NCBI GenBank assembly: GCA_963745075.1
Contig: CAVUWV010000030.1
Coordinates: forward strand, 26,309 to 90,308
Direction of reading: 5' to 3'
DNA from: Candidatus Hydrogenedentota bacterium
GTDB taxonomy: Bacteria > Hydrogenedentota > Hydrogenedentia > Hydrogenedentales > SLHB01
Length of the DNA: 64,000 nt
The notes under the pieces are model-generated. The model saw only the letters and a list, made by a program, of their open reading frames with translations, made no database searches and was not told the DNA's origin. Position numbers and translations under genes: made by a program. This document shows, piece after piece, positions 9,426 through 19,791 of the stretch (the first letter of the stretch is position 1; every line of letters begins with the position of its first letter).

Positions 9426-11099
9426 ATGCGGAGTATCACAGGGATTGTTTTGTTCGGCATCATTGCGGCGGGTTTTTCGGGGGTGGCGGTTGCGGATCTG
9501 CAGAACGTGACCGTCGGGGGCAAGCTGGAGATCTATGGGGCGTGGTATTCGGAATTCTTCGAGCCCAATGACGGCCAGATTCGGATACCGGATTTCTTTC
9601 TGCCCGGCCGTCCGATCGGTCCGAATGGGACGGCGTCGGTCATTCGTTCCGGGGGCAGCGGCAACGAGCTAAGCTTTTTCGAGCAGCGGACGCGACTATC
9701 CGTGGACGCGGATTTCACGAACAACGTGCGCGGGTTTATCGAGTTCGATTCGATCGATACCTGGGGTGAAGATTTTCGGAGCGACTATTTGACCGGGGCC
9801 GACGGCCGCGCCTTTACCGGCGACGATCTCGAGTTGTATCAGGCGTTCATCGACGTGGACGGGATGTTTGGCCGTCCGTTGCGTTTGCGCATTGGCCGGC
9901 AGGAATTGGAGTTTGGTTCGGGCTGGCTCGTCGGCGCCGATCCGGGGCCGGACCCGTTTGTGGGGCTATCGTTCGACGCGATCCGTCTGGATTACACGCT
10001 TGACGAAATCCAGGTTACGGGGTGGTGGGCGAAAGTTGCTGAGCGGGGTATTCGGGAGCAGGATGGGGACACGGACTTCATGGGGGTGTATCTGACCTTC
10101 AGCGAATCCGGCGATGCGCCTACGCAAAGTGGCTTGCGGTTGGAGGAAACCATCTTCCCCATCCACATGCTGTATCACACCATGCGGCACGGTCCGATGC
10201 GCGGGCGATTGGCGCATCCGACTGAAGAAGTGACGTTCGACTTGTACTGGATGTATCTCCGCGATGGGGCTTCGCAGAATGATACGAACTTCATCGCGCC
10301 CATCGAGTGGTTGGAGGATGTGTTCCGGCTGGACGACTATGACGTGACCAACCTGCACACGGTGGGCGCGCGTGGCGCCGGAAATGTGAACCGGTTCGAC
10401 TGGGAGTTGGAAGCCGCGTACCAATGGGGTGATGCGGACTCGGTGGGCGCGCTGTTCCTTCCGAACGGGCAAATCTATGGCGACGATGGCGCGTCGTGGA
10501 ATGCCTGGGGCGGTCATACGGAGATAGGCTATACCGTTGACGGGGAATTGCAGATTCGGCCGTTCCTGGGCGCGGCGTACTACGGCGGCGAAGATAATCG
10601 GGACCTGTCGTTCCGGGAATGGATCAACCCTTTCTACCGGTCGGACGCGAGCGTGTCATTCAACCGGCTGTATTCGTCGTGGCGGGAAGACTCGTTTATC
10701 GACGCGTCGGCCATGACAAACTTCTGGAAAGCTTACGCAGGGTTCACGATGACGCCCACGCCGGCCATCGAACTTGGCGGGTCGGCGGTATACCTGGAGA
10801 CGCTGGAGCCTTTCGACCGGCCGGCAACGTTCAGCGTGGGCGATTGGCAGGTGCCGTTGGCGCCCGCGCTGGCCTTCTGGACCGACCAGGGCTCTAATGA
10901 GCTCGGCTGGCAGACCAACTTGTGGCTGGTCTACAACTATACCGAGGACCTTTCCTTTGAAGTGGGCTGGAGTCATTACTTTGTCGGTGAAGGCATCGAC
11001 GATGGTGCATTCATTGACGAGAATGGTTTGACCTTCATTGGCGGACAAGACAAGAACGACGCGGATTATGTGTATTTTCTGACGACGCTGGAGTTCTAG
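9426..11099 (+). CDS. Alginate-export-family outer-membrane beta-barrel protein
   Basis: Signal peptide MRSITGIVLFGIIAAGFSGVAVA after a GGAGGGG RBS; LYQAFIDV...LRIGRQELEFGSGWLVG...SFDAIR pattern; C-terminal Phe (YVYFLTTLEF). Confidence 0.8.
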   Translation: MRSITGIVLFGIIAAGFSGVAVADLQNVTVGGKLEIYGAWYSEFFEPNDGQIRIPDFFLPGRPIGPNGTASVIRSGGSGNELSFFEQRTRLSVDADFTNNVRGFIEFDSIDTWGEDFRSDYLTGADGRAFTGDDLELYQAFIDVDGMFGRPLRLRIGRQELEFGSGWLVGADPGPDPFVGLSFDAIRLDYTLDEIQVTGWWAKVAERGIREQDGDTDFMGVYLTFSESGDAPTQSGLRLEETIFPIHMLYHTMRHGPMRGRLAHPTEEVTFDLYWMYLRDGASQNDTNFIAPIEWLEDVFRLDDYDVTNLHTVGARGAGNVNRFDWELEAAYQWGDADSVGALFLPNGQIYGDDGASWNAWGGHTEIGYTVDGELQIRPFLGAAYYGGEDNRDLSFREWINPFYRSDASVSFNRLYSSWREDSFIDASAMTNFWKAYAGFTMTPTPAIELGGSAVYLETLEPFDRPATFSVGDWQVPLAPALAFWTDQGSNELGWQTNLWLVYNYTEDLSFEVGWSHYFVGEGIDDGAFIDENGLTFIGGQDKNDADYVYFLTTLEF

Positions 11100-11122
11100 G
11101 ATCTGGCCTTGAACGCTGGATG

Positions 11123-11164
11123 ACCCCGTCGTGGCAGTCACGCTGCGACGGGGTTGTTCTTTTG
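11123..11164 (+). terminator. Intrinsic terminator downstream of the porin gene
   Basis: 13-bp stem ACCCCGTCGTGGC/GCTGCGACGGGGT followed by TGTTCTTTT; lies between convergent genes. Confidence 0.75.
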
Positions 11165-11217
11165 CGATTACGATGGGAAGATCGCAGGACTGGCGGGGCA
11201 ATTCCGCTTGATGGTGT

Positions 11218-11616
11218 TTACGCGGATGGCGTGAGCTGGATCCAGACTTTTCGGGTGCGGGGGCCGTCGAATTCGCAGAAGTAGATGGACTGCCAGGTGC
11301 CGAATTGGAGTTTGCCGTTGCGGATGAGGACTTGCTGGCTGAAGCCCATCATGCTGGCTTTGACGTGGGCGGCGGCATTGCCTTCGGCGTGGGCGTAGCC
11401 CCCCTCCCAGGGCACGTTGCGTTCGAGAATCATCTTCATGTCGCGTACCACGTCGGGGTCGGCGTTTTCGTTGATGGTGATGCCGGCGGTGGTGTGCGGC
11501 ACGAAGATGGTGCAGACGCCATCGCGCAGGCCGGAGTCGCTGACGACGCGCTGCACGTCGCGATCGATGTTGAGGAACTGGCAATGGTCGCGGGTGGAGA
11601 TGGTGATTTCGTGCAT
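11218..11616 (-). CDS. yjbQ: YjbQ/UPF0047 family protein
   Basis: PHTTAGITINENADPDV, H.EGNA.AHVKAS, GTWQSIYFCEFDGPRTR. Confidence 0.93.
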   Translation of the reverse strand: MHEITISTRDHCQFLNIDRDVQRVVSDSGLRDGVCTIFVPHTTAGITINENADPDVVRDMKMILERNVPWEGGYAHAEGNAAAHVKASMMGFSQQVLIRNGKLQFGTWQSIYFCEFDGPRTRKVWIQLTPSA

Positions 11617-11725
11617 GGTGTTGGTTCCCGGATTTTTGCGGCTGTGGATTAGCGGTAGTGTACCACGAAGAAGCGATCGGACGGATCGGGAACATCAGGC
11701 TTTACCGTACGCCGGCGCAAATCGA

Positions 11726-12937
11726 TCAAATCCGGATGAAGATCTTCTTCTTGTACAGGAACCGCAGCAAGAGGAAGAGCAGCGCCATGGCGGTTACTGT
11801 CGTCAGGAGATCGCCATAGCGGCCGGCGGCGTTCTGGACGTGTCCCCCGACGAAGAGTTTGGCGAGGTCTTCGAATTCGACAAAGCGCACGGCAAGATAC
11901 GCGGTCAGGGCGTTGGAGCCAATCCAGATGAAGGGCGTAGACCATTTCCGGAGTTTCCAGACATCGATGATCAGGTAGAACGAGCCGAGTAGGAGGAGAC
12001 TGAAGCCGCCCGCGGCCAAGACGTAGGAGGAGGACCAGATCTTCTTGATGATCGGGAATTGATGCCCCCATAGAAAGCCTGCGGCGACGCAGATAACACC
12101 GGCGGCAAGGAGGATACCGACCTTTTTGTATCCGGTCAGGGATCGGTTCTTGAGCAACAAGCCGGCGAACACCCCCAGCAGCGCCGAGGCGACGGCCGGA
12201 ATGCTGCTCAGCAGGCCTTCGGGGTCCCAGTAGGTGTCCCAGCGGCGGCCGGGCAGGTAGTGGTAGTCGATGTAGTTGGCCCAGTTGTTGCCCTGGTCGA
12301 AGGAAATGCCGCCGTGCCCCCAAGCGGGATTGACGGCCGTCAACGCGGGTTCGGCCGGAACGGGCACGAAGGAGAAGAAGGCCCAGTAGCCGACGAGTAT
12401 GGCCACGCACGCAATGACGAGGTAACGCAGCCGGAAGTTGAGGTAGAGAATGCCGGCGAAGAAGTAGCTGATGGCGATGCGTTGCAACACACCGACGAAT
12501 CGAAATTCAGGCCACAACTTTGACATGCCTCCGTAGTAAATGATGCCCAAGAGGTACAACAGGATGAATCGGCGGATAAGGCGCACGTGCGCTCGGGCCT
12601 TCCCTTCTTCCCGCACATGCTTGTCGAGGGAGAATGGAATCGCCACGCCCATGAGAAAGACGAATAGCGGAAAGATAATGTCGTAGAAGTGGAGTCCCCG
12701 CCATTCGACGTGGCTCAGTTGTGTGGCGAGAAAACCGGTAACGCCGGAATGACCGATCTCGCTGAGACTGTGTACGAGGTCGTCAGCGCCGATGATCCAG
12801 AACATATCGAAACCACGCAGGGCATCGAGACTGATCAGCCGTTCGGTGATTCCGGGAACGTCAACGTCCGGGACCGGCAGTTCGTCGGGCGTAATTGGAT
12901 CAAGGGGAGTGCTGTATTCGGGTGTCGTATCGGTCAT
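11726..12937 (-). CDS. Heparan-alpha-glucosaminide N-acetyltransferase-like (DUF5009/NagX-type) membrane protein
   Basis: RLISLDALRGFDM, H..W.G....D.IFPLFVF.MG, GVLQRIA, DPEGLLS, PIIKKIWSSSY. Confidence 0.88.
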   Translation of the reverse strand: MTDTTPEYSTPLDPITPDELPVPDVDVPGITERLISLDALRGFDMFWIIGADDLVHSLSEIGHSGVTGFLATQLSHVEWRGLHFYDIIFPLFVFLMGVAIPFSLDKHVREEGKARAHVRLIRRFILLYLLGIIYYGGMSKLWPEFRFVGVLQRIAISYFFAGILYLNFRLRYLVIACVAILVGYWAFFSFVPVPAEPALTAVNPAWGHGGISFDQGNNWANYIDYHYLPGRRWDTYWDPEGLLSSIPAVASALLGVFAGLLLKNRSLTGYKKVGILLAAGVICVAAGFLWGHQFPIIKKIWSSSYVLAAGGFSLLLLGSFYLIIDVWKLRKWSTPFIWIGSNALTAYLAVRFVEFEDLAKLFVGGHVQNAAGRYGDLLTTVTAMALLFLLLRFLYKKKIFIRI

Positions 12938-13075
12938 GGGTTGTCGGTACCTTCCAATTGATCATCGGGACTTGCTGGTTGGAACTATCCAAGTCGATGG
13001 GCGATGAATTCGCAGCACTATAATGAGGGGCGGGGGCAAGGTCAACTTGGGGGGATAAAAGATCGAACGAAGAAT

Positions 13076-13110
13076 CGATTACGATTACGAAGCACGATAA
13101 CGATTACGAG
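13076..13110. repeat. Degenerate hexamer tandem (CGATTA/CGATAA units)
   Basis: CGATTACGATTACGAAGCACGATAACGATTACGAG in the intergenic gap after the ABC permease stop. Confidence 0.55.
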
Positions 13111-13183
13111 GGGGAGAAGGTAATCGCATTCGATCTGGAGCAACGGGTCGATCTCCGCGGAATCGCCCTCCCCCAGTCCGCCG

Positions 13184-14872
13184 TCAATACTCGGCTTTGT
13201 TGAGGTTTCGGAGTCCGAGGCGCATGGGGAGCCAGGTGCTTGCGGCGCTGAGGATCGTAATAAAGACAATCGCGGCGGTGAGGGCGTAGGCAAAGGTATT
13301 GACGCCCCGGTAGGCATCGAGGGCGCGCCATTGCATGACGAGGGTCTGGGTGCCGACCACGAGGGTAATGTACCCCATGCTGAGGAGGAAGTTGAGGGTC
13401 CCTCCCATGCCGGAGACGATGCGGGCGGGGTTGTCTTCCTGAAAGTTGGGGTAGAGGCTGCCCAACCCGACGGCAAGCCCGGAGAGCCCGAAGTTGGTGA
13501 TGACGATGCTGTATACGGCGAGGGCGAAGTAGATGGGCTCGACGCCGAGCATGTAACAGGACAAGACAACGAGTGTGATCGTGAACACCGAAGTCGTGGA
13601 TACGCTGAGCCAGAATTTTTGCCAGATGAGTTGGCGGTAGGTCAGCGGAGCAAGACCGATCACCCAGAAACGACGTCCTTCCAGGCTGATGAGCGGGTAA
13701 ACAAAACGGCTTGTCAATGTGGCCAGGATCAAGGTGCACGCGCCGATGTTCAGGCAGACGATCCAGTTGCGGTACGACGCGGTTTGGAATGCCGTCGATC
13801 GATCGCGCAGGCTCGCCACGTACACCGCCATGATGCCGAAGAAGATCACGAATTGAGACCACTGGGCCGGATCGCGCCAGAACAACCGGAAATCTTTGAT
13901 GACCAGCGCGCGGTGCGGTTCGCGAAGGCCGCTGAAGATGCGATCGATACGGGATAGCCACCCGCGCCCGGGCGGGGTCTTGCGATTCATGTCGTTTCCG
14001 GCGAGGTCGGACCATCCGGGATAGAAGATCCATTGCGCGATGCCCGCGGACACGAGGACCATCATCAATGCATTCGACAGGAGCACAAGGAAGAAGAACG
14101 CGGACTCGGTGAACTGACTTTCTGCGGCGGCGAGTACGCCGCGGGTTGCCCAGTGGCTGGGCAGGAGCCAGGATTGGGTGCGCGACATGGCGTCGAGCAC
14201 GCTGCTGAAATTCGGATCGGAAAGATGAACATCGCGGAAAATGACACGGAGGTACAGGAAGACCATGGCGACCGCGATGGCGGCGGCGCCGACCATGCTG
14301 CCTCGCGGCAAGCGGGGAAAAACGCGGACCAACACCATAGCGATGACCGCGCCGATGGCGGCGGGAATGCTGACGAAGGGCACGTAGAATGCGCCCGCGG
14401 CCAGATAGAAGGGCCACGGTGCGTCGTTTGTGATGCCGTAAGCCAGGATGAGCGGTGAACCCAAATAGGCCGAGGCCCAGGAACTGAAGGAGACGCATTC
14501 CACCAGCCGCGCCACGAAGAATTCCCACCAGGATATGGGGGCGTGCAGCAGATAGGCGACTTCGCGCGACTTGTAGAGCGTGGAGAAGGCGATCAGCACG
14601 TTGGAAAAGATCAGCATGAAGAACAGGGCCAACGCGAAGACGGACAACAATCGGGACATGATGATGTCGCCGAGGCTGATGCTACCCGGGTCGGCGCCGA
14701 AGCGCTTGAGCCAGTTGAAAGCGGCCCAGAAGGCGTAGTACGCGCCGAACCACAGGATCACGGCGGACGTGGACACCACCGCGACTTTCAACTTGGACTC
14801 GTCGCGGACGGAGGCGATGTGGTTTCGGGCGATGCGGGTTTTCGCCCAGAGCATGGCGCCCACGCGCGTCAT
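13184..14872 (-). CDS. Putative ABC exporter permease subunit
   Basis: Many TM helices; KDFRLFWRDPAQWSQ and SLEGRRFWVI motifs; 4-nt overlap with the ABC ATPase. Confidence 0.85.
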   Translation of the reverse strand: MTRVGAMLWAKTRIARNHIASVRDESKLKVAVVSTSAVILWFGAYYAFWAAFNWLKRFGADPGSISLGDIIMSRLLSVFALALFFMLIFSNVLIAFSTLYKSREVAYLLHAPISWWEFFVARLVECVSFSSWASAYLGSPLILAYGITNDAPWPFYLAAGAFYVPFVSIPAAIGAVIAMVLVRVFPRLPRGSMVGAAAIAVAMVFLYLRVIFRDVHLSDPNFSSVLDAMSRTQSWLLPSHWATRGVLAAAESQFTESAFFFLVLLSNALMMVLVSAGIAQWIFYPGWSDLAGNDMNRKTPPGRGWLSRIDRIFSGLREPHRALVIKDFRLFWRDPAQWSQFVIFFGIMAVYVASLRDRSTAFQTASYRNWIVCLNIGACTLILATLTSRFVYPLISLEGRRFWVIGLAPLTYRQLIWQKFWLSVSTTSVFTITLVVLSCYMLGVEPIYFALAVYSIVITNFGLSGLAVGLGSLYPNFQEDNPARIVSGMGGTLNFLLSMGYITLVVGTQTLVMQWRALDAYRGVNTFAYALTAAIVFITILSAASTWLPMRLGLRNLNKAEY

Positions 14873-15600
14873 GTCGTGTCCTCGCCTCGGGTGAGTTCAA
14901 GGAAGACGTCTTCCAGGCTGCCGGGGTTACGTGAGAGGGCCAGGATCTCCTTGAGCGTGCCGATGTGCAGGAGTTTGCCGTTATGAATGATGCCGATGCG
15001 GTCGGCCACGTCTTCAATGATGCTCAGCGAGTGCGTAGACATGAAGACGGTGACCCCCTCCCGCGTGCGCTGCTTGAGGTAGTCTTTGACGAACCGGATG
15101 TTCTTGGGATCGAGGCCGACCCAGGGTTCGTCGACGACGACGATCTTCGGGTCGTGCAGGAAACACGTCGCGAATGACAGTTTCTGCCGCATGCCGTGAC
15201 TGTAATTCTCGATGAGTTGATCGCCGACGTGGCGGATCTCGAAGAGTTCGAGCAATTCTTCGGAGGCGCCGTTTAGCGAGGCCGCCGGCAATTGATACAG
15301 CCCGGCGACGAATCGCATGAACTCGCGTCCCGTAAGTTTTTCGTAGAGGAAGGGTGTGTCCGGGATGTACCCGAGCAACGCCTTTGTCTTGACGGGATCT
15401 TTCTGGATGTCGAACCCGCCAAGGACCGCGCGGCCCCCGCTCGGCTTGATCAGGCCGGTCAGCATTTTGATGGTCGTCGTCTTCCCCGCTCCGTTCGGGC
15501 CGAGGAAACAGAAAAATTCGCCGGCGGCGATATTCAGATTCAAGGACTGCACCGCCGCGTTTGCACCGAAACGTTTTGTGAGGTCGATGGTTTCGATCAT
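14869..15600 (-). CDS. ABC transporter ATP-binding protein
   Basis: Walker A GPNGAGKTT, signature YSHGMRQK, Walker B VVVDEP, H-loop MSTH. Confidence 0.96.
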   Translation of the reverse strand: MIETIDLTKRFGANAAVQSLNLNIAAGEFFCFLGPNGAGKTTTIKMLTGLIKPSGGRAVLGGFDIQKDPVKTKALLGYIPDTPFLYEKLTGREFMRFVAGLYQLPAASLNGASEELLELFEIRHVGDQLIENYSHGMRQKLSFATCFLHDPKIVVVDEPWVGLDPKNIRFVKDYLKQRTREGVTVFMSTHSLSIIEDVADRIGIIHNGKLLHIGTLKEILALSRNPGSLEDVFLELTRGEDTT

Positions 15601-15677
15601 GGACTAACCCTGCAATGAAGAAACGATGTCCGTCTGAGATTCTATGCCTTGGCGCCCCAATTTTGCACGACGTACCG

Positions 15678-17213
15678 TTACAACCCCGGTGGCACCATGT
15701 CGGCGAGTTGCCAGGGGTCGGTTTCGGGGACGTTGAGGTTACGAAAGGTCTCGATGACGATGTCGCGAAGCATGCGGATGCGTTTGCGGGCGGTGACGAT
15801 GCCCTGGCCGTCTGCGCAGGGATGCCAGTAGGTGATATGAAAATCCCGTTCGTGGAACCAGCGTGCCATGAAATGCGGATCGGGGCCGATGGCTTCTCGC
15901 GATAGATAGGCTGCCGGGATGCGCGCGATCAGCGTTCCTCCTTCGTAAAGGATCGATTGGGCAAGTCGGACCATTTCGTCGGCGGTGTTCCAGAGCGTGA
16001 GGTCGGAGAGAACGACCGTGTCGACTTTGCCGCGCCAGCCTTTGGGTTCATCGGCATAGGTATCGTCATAGGAGCCATGGCGTTGATTCCGGCGGTCGTC
16101 GTTGGGGGCAATGCCGACGAGGCGGGTCGCTCCCCTGCGGCGTAAGGCGTACTTGGAGGCATCAAGGTTCATGCCGAAGTCCATGACAATGCCAGGCGCG
16201 TGCGGAAGGTAATCCGTCAGGGTGTCTCCCAGTCTGGTGGGTTCGGGCTTGGCCGACTCGAAGTCCGGAAAATTGCGGCGGACCACGTCGAGGATTTCGT
16301 CGACTCGATGATCGTACGTATGCCGGGCGAGCACCTCATCCCTGCCCAGTCGTGCGATGGTGTCGCGCGCGGTTTCGTCGTCTAAGTATTGCTGCGCGCG
16401 TTCGATTAACTCCTCGTCGGAATCGTACGCGATGAGGTGTTTGCCGTCTTCAAACAGGTCCAACAGTCCGTTGAACTCGCTGGCGCGGTTGGTCAGGAGC
16501 GGACAGCCCATGGCGAGGGCTTCGAAGATTCGCATGTTCAGGTCTTCGATAGCGGAGTGGTTGAATGCCAGCCGGCCGCTGCACGTATGCCGGCAGTACC
16601 CGTCGCCATGGACCCGTTCGAGGGCTTCGACGGAGAAGCGATCGGCGAGGAGATGCAACAGGCGCGCCCGTTCACGGTGCACGGGCATGCTGGCGGCACC
16701 GACGAAGGAGATGTCGTACTCCTTCGGCACGTCGACCGGGTAGTGGGTGTCCGGCGCGCATGCCAAGGGCAACCAATACACGTGGCGCGAACCGGTGGAA
16801 CGAAGGTAGGGAATGTAGGCACGTTGCGCTGCAAACACGAGGTCGTAGTGGATGGCCTCGTTGACTTCCATGAGGCATTGCCAGGTGTCGATGCTGAGAA
16901 AAACCGTGGGGCAGGACAGATTGGCGGTCCTGGTGAACAGGGGTATGCCACCACCGGAAATGGATACGACGAGGTGCGGACTCCAGCCGTCTGGAAGCAG
17001 CGCGTAGAGATCGTCGACTGAACCGAGATCGGCCTCGATGTCGTTTTTGACGACCATGTGGGCGAGATGGTATCTCCCCCACCCTTTCAGCACATCCGGA
17101 CTCGGGTTCGGGCCGACGGTCAGAACGTCGCAGTGTCTCCGGAAGGCGCGGACGTAGTGCCCGTGCCATGCGAAGGGATTGGCCTGACCAAGGATGCAAA
17201 CGCGGATCGACAT
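15678..17213 (-). CDS. Glycosyltransferase (CgeB/Glyco_trans_1_2-like) with C-terminal degenerate methyltransferase-like region
   Basis: PLACAPDTH, YDISFVG, DLNMRIFEALAMGCPLLTN, LFEDGKHLIAY, HTYDHRV. Confidence 0.82.
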   Translation of the reverse strand: MSIRVCILGQANPFAWHGHYVRAFRRHCDVLTVGPNPSPDVLKGWGRYHLAHMVVKNDIEADLGSVDDLYALLPDGWSPHLVVSISGGGIPLFTRTANLSCPTVFLSIDTWQCLMEVNEAIHYDLVFAAQRAYIPYLRSTGSRHVYWLPLACAPDTHYPVDVPKEYDISFVGAASMPVHRERARLLHLLADRFSVEALERVHGDGYCRHTCSGRLAFNHSAIEDLNMRIFEALAMGCPLLTNRASEFNGLLDLFEDGKHLIAYDSDEELIERAQQYLDDETARDTIARLGRDEVLARHTYDHRVDEILDVVRRNFPDFESAKPEPTRLGDTLTDYLPHAPGIVMDFGMNLDASKYALRRRGATRLVGIAPNDDRRNQRHGSYDDTYADEPKGWRGKVDTVVLSDLTLWNTADEMVRLAQSILYEGGTLIARIPAAYLSREAIGPDPHFMARWFHERDFHITYWHPCADGQGIVTARKRIRMLRDIVIETFRNLNVPETDPWQLADMVPPGL

Positions 17214-17312
17214 TGTATGACCTGTAGCAGTTCGTGTCTTCCGATTATGGCAGGCGGCGACGGGGGTTACAATGAGACCGTTGGGACGTATGGAACCAAT
17301 GAGAATTCTGGA

Positions 17313-17789
17313 TCAGTTGGCGGCAACGGAAGTAGTCTGCGTAGCGCCACCAGGTAGCCAGACGTAAACGTTCAAGGTTGCCCTCCCCCACTTTTCGGCC
17401 TGGTGGTGTTTTTTGAAGAAGACGTCAATGTGGTTGCCCTTGATGTCGCCGCCGCGATCTTCGACGCGACCGTAGCCGTAACCCGGCACGTACATGACGG
17501 TGCCGAAGGGATAGCGGGCGGTGTCGGCGGCGATGGTGCCAACGTCGGCTTGGGTGCCGCTGGCGGTCTGCCCAACTGTCTTGCGCTCGCCTTTCAGGGA
17601 ACCTGAGGCGTAGACCGGGCGGAAAAGCCAGTTCCGTTTCCAGGCACAGCACTGCTTGCAGGGACAATAGGCGGTGACCTCCATGGGAACGACCATGGTG
17701 GCCGGGCCGAGGCCGTTGTCATTGGTCGCGCAGCCGAGGGGCAACACCACGACGGTAGCGACGGCAAGTGCTTTGTAAAGAGTTTTCAT
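17313..17789 (-). CDS. 3D-domain lipoprotein (peptidoglycan-related)
   Basis: Lipobox LPLG-C; TAYC, IAAD...PFGT.MYVPGYG.G.VEDRGGDIKGNHIDVF. Confidence 0.88.
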   Translation of the reverse strand: MKTLYKALAVATVVVLPLGCATNDNGLGPATMVVPMEVTAYCPCKQCCAWKRNWLFRPVYASGSLKGERKTVGQTASGTQADVGTIAADTARYPFGTVMYVPGYGYGRVEDRGGDIKGNHIDVFFKKHHQAEKWGRATLNVYVWLPGGATQTTSVAAN

Positions 17790-18007
17790 GCTGTCAACAG
17801 ATTACTATAGGTTCGAGGTTTTGACAAGAGGAAACGTGAATTACGCTATTTTCATCATTGAGCCAACGGAAAACTGCCAACTACTCAAGCGTTTACCGCG
17901 TTGCCGCTTGAAGGGCTTTCCGATACACTAGCGGTCCATGGAGTGCGTTGGCGCACCTGGTGTTCCCGGTGGGGCCAGGCTTGGTCGAAATCAAAGGATA
18001 CGTCCCT

Positions 18008-18367
18008 ATGCAGTCTACTGAGAAGAACTACGCGGTGGCGCAACTCGATAGTCTGGATGCGGTTACCTGTCCGTGCGGCCGGGCGCGGCGGGCCTTTGCC
18101 TTGCCGGGCAATCCAGCGAGTGTGCATTTGGTGGACATTCGGATAGATGCGGAGACCCATTATCACAAGGGCATGACAGAGATATACCTCGTCCTCGAAG
18201 GGGAAGGCCATCTCGAGCTGGACGGCGAACTTATTTCTGTCAAGCCATTGACAGCCATCATGATACGGCCAGGCTGCCAGCATCGCGCGGTGGGGACCTT
18301 GCGGATCATCAATATCGCGGTTCCGGCGTTTGACCCCGGTGATGAATGGACGGATGAGCCTGGGTGA
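18008..18367 (+). CDS. Cupin-domain protein
   Basis: CPCG, HYHKGMTEIYLVLEGEG, IRPGCQHRAVG; probable start ATG 18008. Confidence 0.85.
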   Translation: MQSTEKNYAVAQLDSLDAVTCPCGRARRAFALPGNPASVHLVDIRIDAETHYHKGMTEIYLVLEGEGHLELDGELISVKPLTAIMIRPGCQHRAVGTLRIINIAVPAFDPGDEWTDEPG

Positions 18368-18695
18368 AATGGCGGGTGCCTGCTTTGGATAATGTATAAT
18401 TTACTGTACATGATAGTCGATGGATTTGAGATAGATCGCGCATCCCATTGTATACTAATTGCTTACGATACATGGTTGAGACGGGAGAGGCATGGTTAAC
18501 GCATTCGGAATCGGAGGCCGAAGGTGGGTGCGCATTTTGCGAGACCAGTTTTGAATAGAGCGATAACCCTATCGTCTGGTTTGCCGAACTCACAGATGCC
18601 GGCCGCGAGAAGCGGCAAAGACGTGGCAGGTGGCAGGGCCAGAGATTTGGGAGAGTTTGGGCCATCTGCGCTGGGGAATCGAGGAGAGCGGCCCT

Positions 18696-19346
18696 ATGAG
18701 TGTTGCATTGGATTTCTCGTTGCGCTGCGAGATGACGGAGGAAACTCCCGAGTCCGGGAATGTGGCTATGGTCGCGGATAGTGATGACGCGGCGCTGGTC
18801 AGCCGGGCGCAAACGGGCGACTTCCGGGCCTTTGAGGAGTTGGTGCGGCGGTACCGCAACGATGTGTTTGCCCTCGCCTACCATTTTCTGCGCAATCGGG
18901 AAGAGGCGTGGGACACTTCGCAAGAGGTGTTTATCAAGGCGCACCGGTCGCTGAAACGGTTCCGCGGCGACGCGAGTTTCAAGACGTGGCTGATGCGGAT
19001 TACGTCGAACCAGTGCAAGGATTATTTGAAGAAACGGCGGCTTTCGACCGTCTCATACAATGATGCGATTGAAGCCGAGCACGCGACAAGTCCGGTGCTG
19101 GGTCCGAGCCATGCGGCGGAGGCCCAGGAACTGGGCGACGCCATTACGAAGGCGTTGGACGGGTTGTCGTTCAAGCATCGAACGGCTTTTGTGTTGAGGG
19201 AATTTGAAGGATTGTCGTACGAGGATATGGCCCAAGTGATGGGCTGCAACGTGGGCACGGTCATGAGCCGCTTGCATCACGCACGGAAAAAGTTGCAAAA
19301 CAGTCTCCAGCGAATGGGGTTTGCCGGAGGAAACGGTAATGAATAA
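18696..19346 (+). CDS. ECF RNA polymerase sigma-70 factor
   Basis: AFEELVRRY, AWDTSQEVFIKAH...FRGDASFKTWLMRI; region 4 LREFEGLSYEDMAQVMGCNVGTVMSRLHHAR. Start uncertain (18696, 18732 or 18768). Confidence 0.94.
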   Translation: MSVALDFSLRCEMTEETPESGNVAMVADSDDAALVSRAQTGDFRAFEELVRRYRNDVFALAYHFLRNREEAWDTSQEVFIKAHRSLKRFRGDASFKTWLMRITSNQCKDYLKKRRLSTVSYNDAIEAEHATSPVLGPSHAAEAQELGDAITKALDGLSFKHRTAFVLREFEGLSYEDMAQVMGCNVGTVMSRLHHARKKLQNSLQRMGFAGGNGNE

Positions 19347-19791
19347 GTGGGAACGAGATATCGCGCGCCGGTTTGACGGTGAAACCGGCGGGGATGGCAA
19401 CGCGCCGGCCGATGCGCGGTCGGCGGCGTATGAGGCGGGTTTGCGACTATTGCGCGAAGGTGCGCAGCAGGCGGCGAACCGGGCCGAGATTGCCGATGCG
19501 CAGTTTCCGGCGTTTATGGAAGGCATTCGTGAGGAGACCGAGCGCCCGGCGCGCGGTCATCGCGGGTTTTGGGCGGTCGTTTCGTTGAGCACGGCGGCCC
19601 TGCTGGTTGCATTGTCCGCGTTTCTTCTGTTTACTACAGGTGAGCACGCCACGCCGACGGTCGTTGAAGCGGTAACGAACGAAGTCGAAACCGTGTCGAC
19701 GGAGATCAACGGGGCAACGGTTGATTCATACACCGATGGTGACGGTACCACGGTGCTTTGGGTAAGTAACGGTAAACGAGATCTGCTGTGA
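19339..19791 (+). CDS. Putative transmembrane anti-sigma factor
   Basis: Overlaps the ECF stop; GGAGG RBS; single central TM (FWAVVSLSTAALLVALSAFLLF) and short extracytoplasmic domain. Confidence 0.7.
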   Translation: MNKWERDIARRFDGETGGDGNAPADARSAAYEAGLRLLREGAQQAANRAEIADAQFPAFMEGIREETERPARGHRGFWAVVSLSTAALLVALSAFLLFTTGEHATPTVVEAVTNEVETVSTEINGATVDSYTDGDGTTVLWVSNGKRDLL

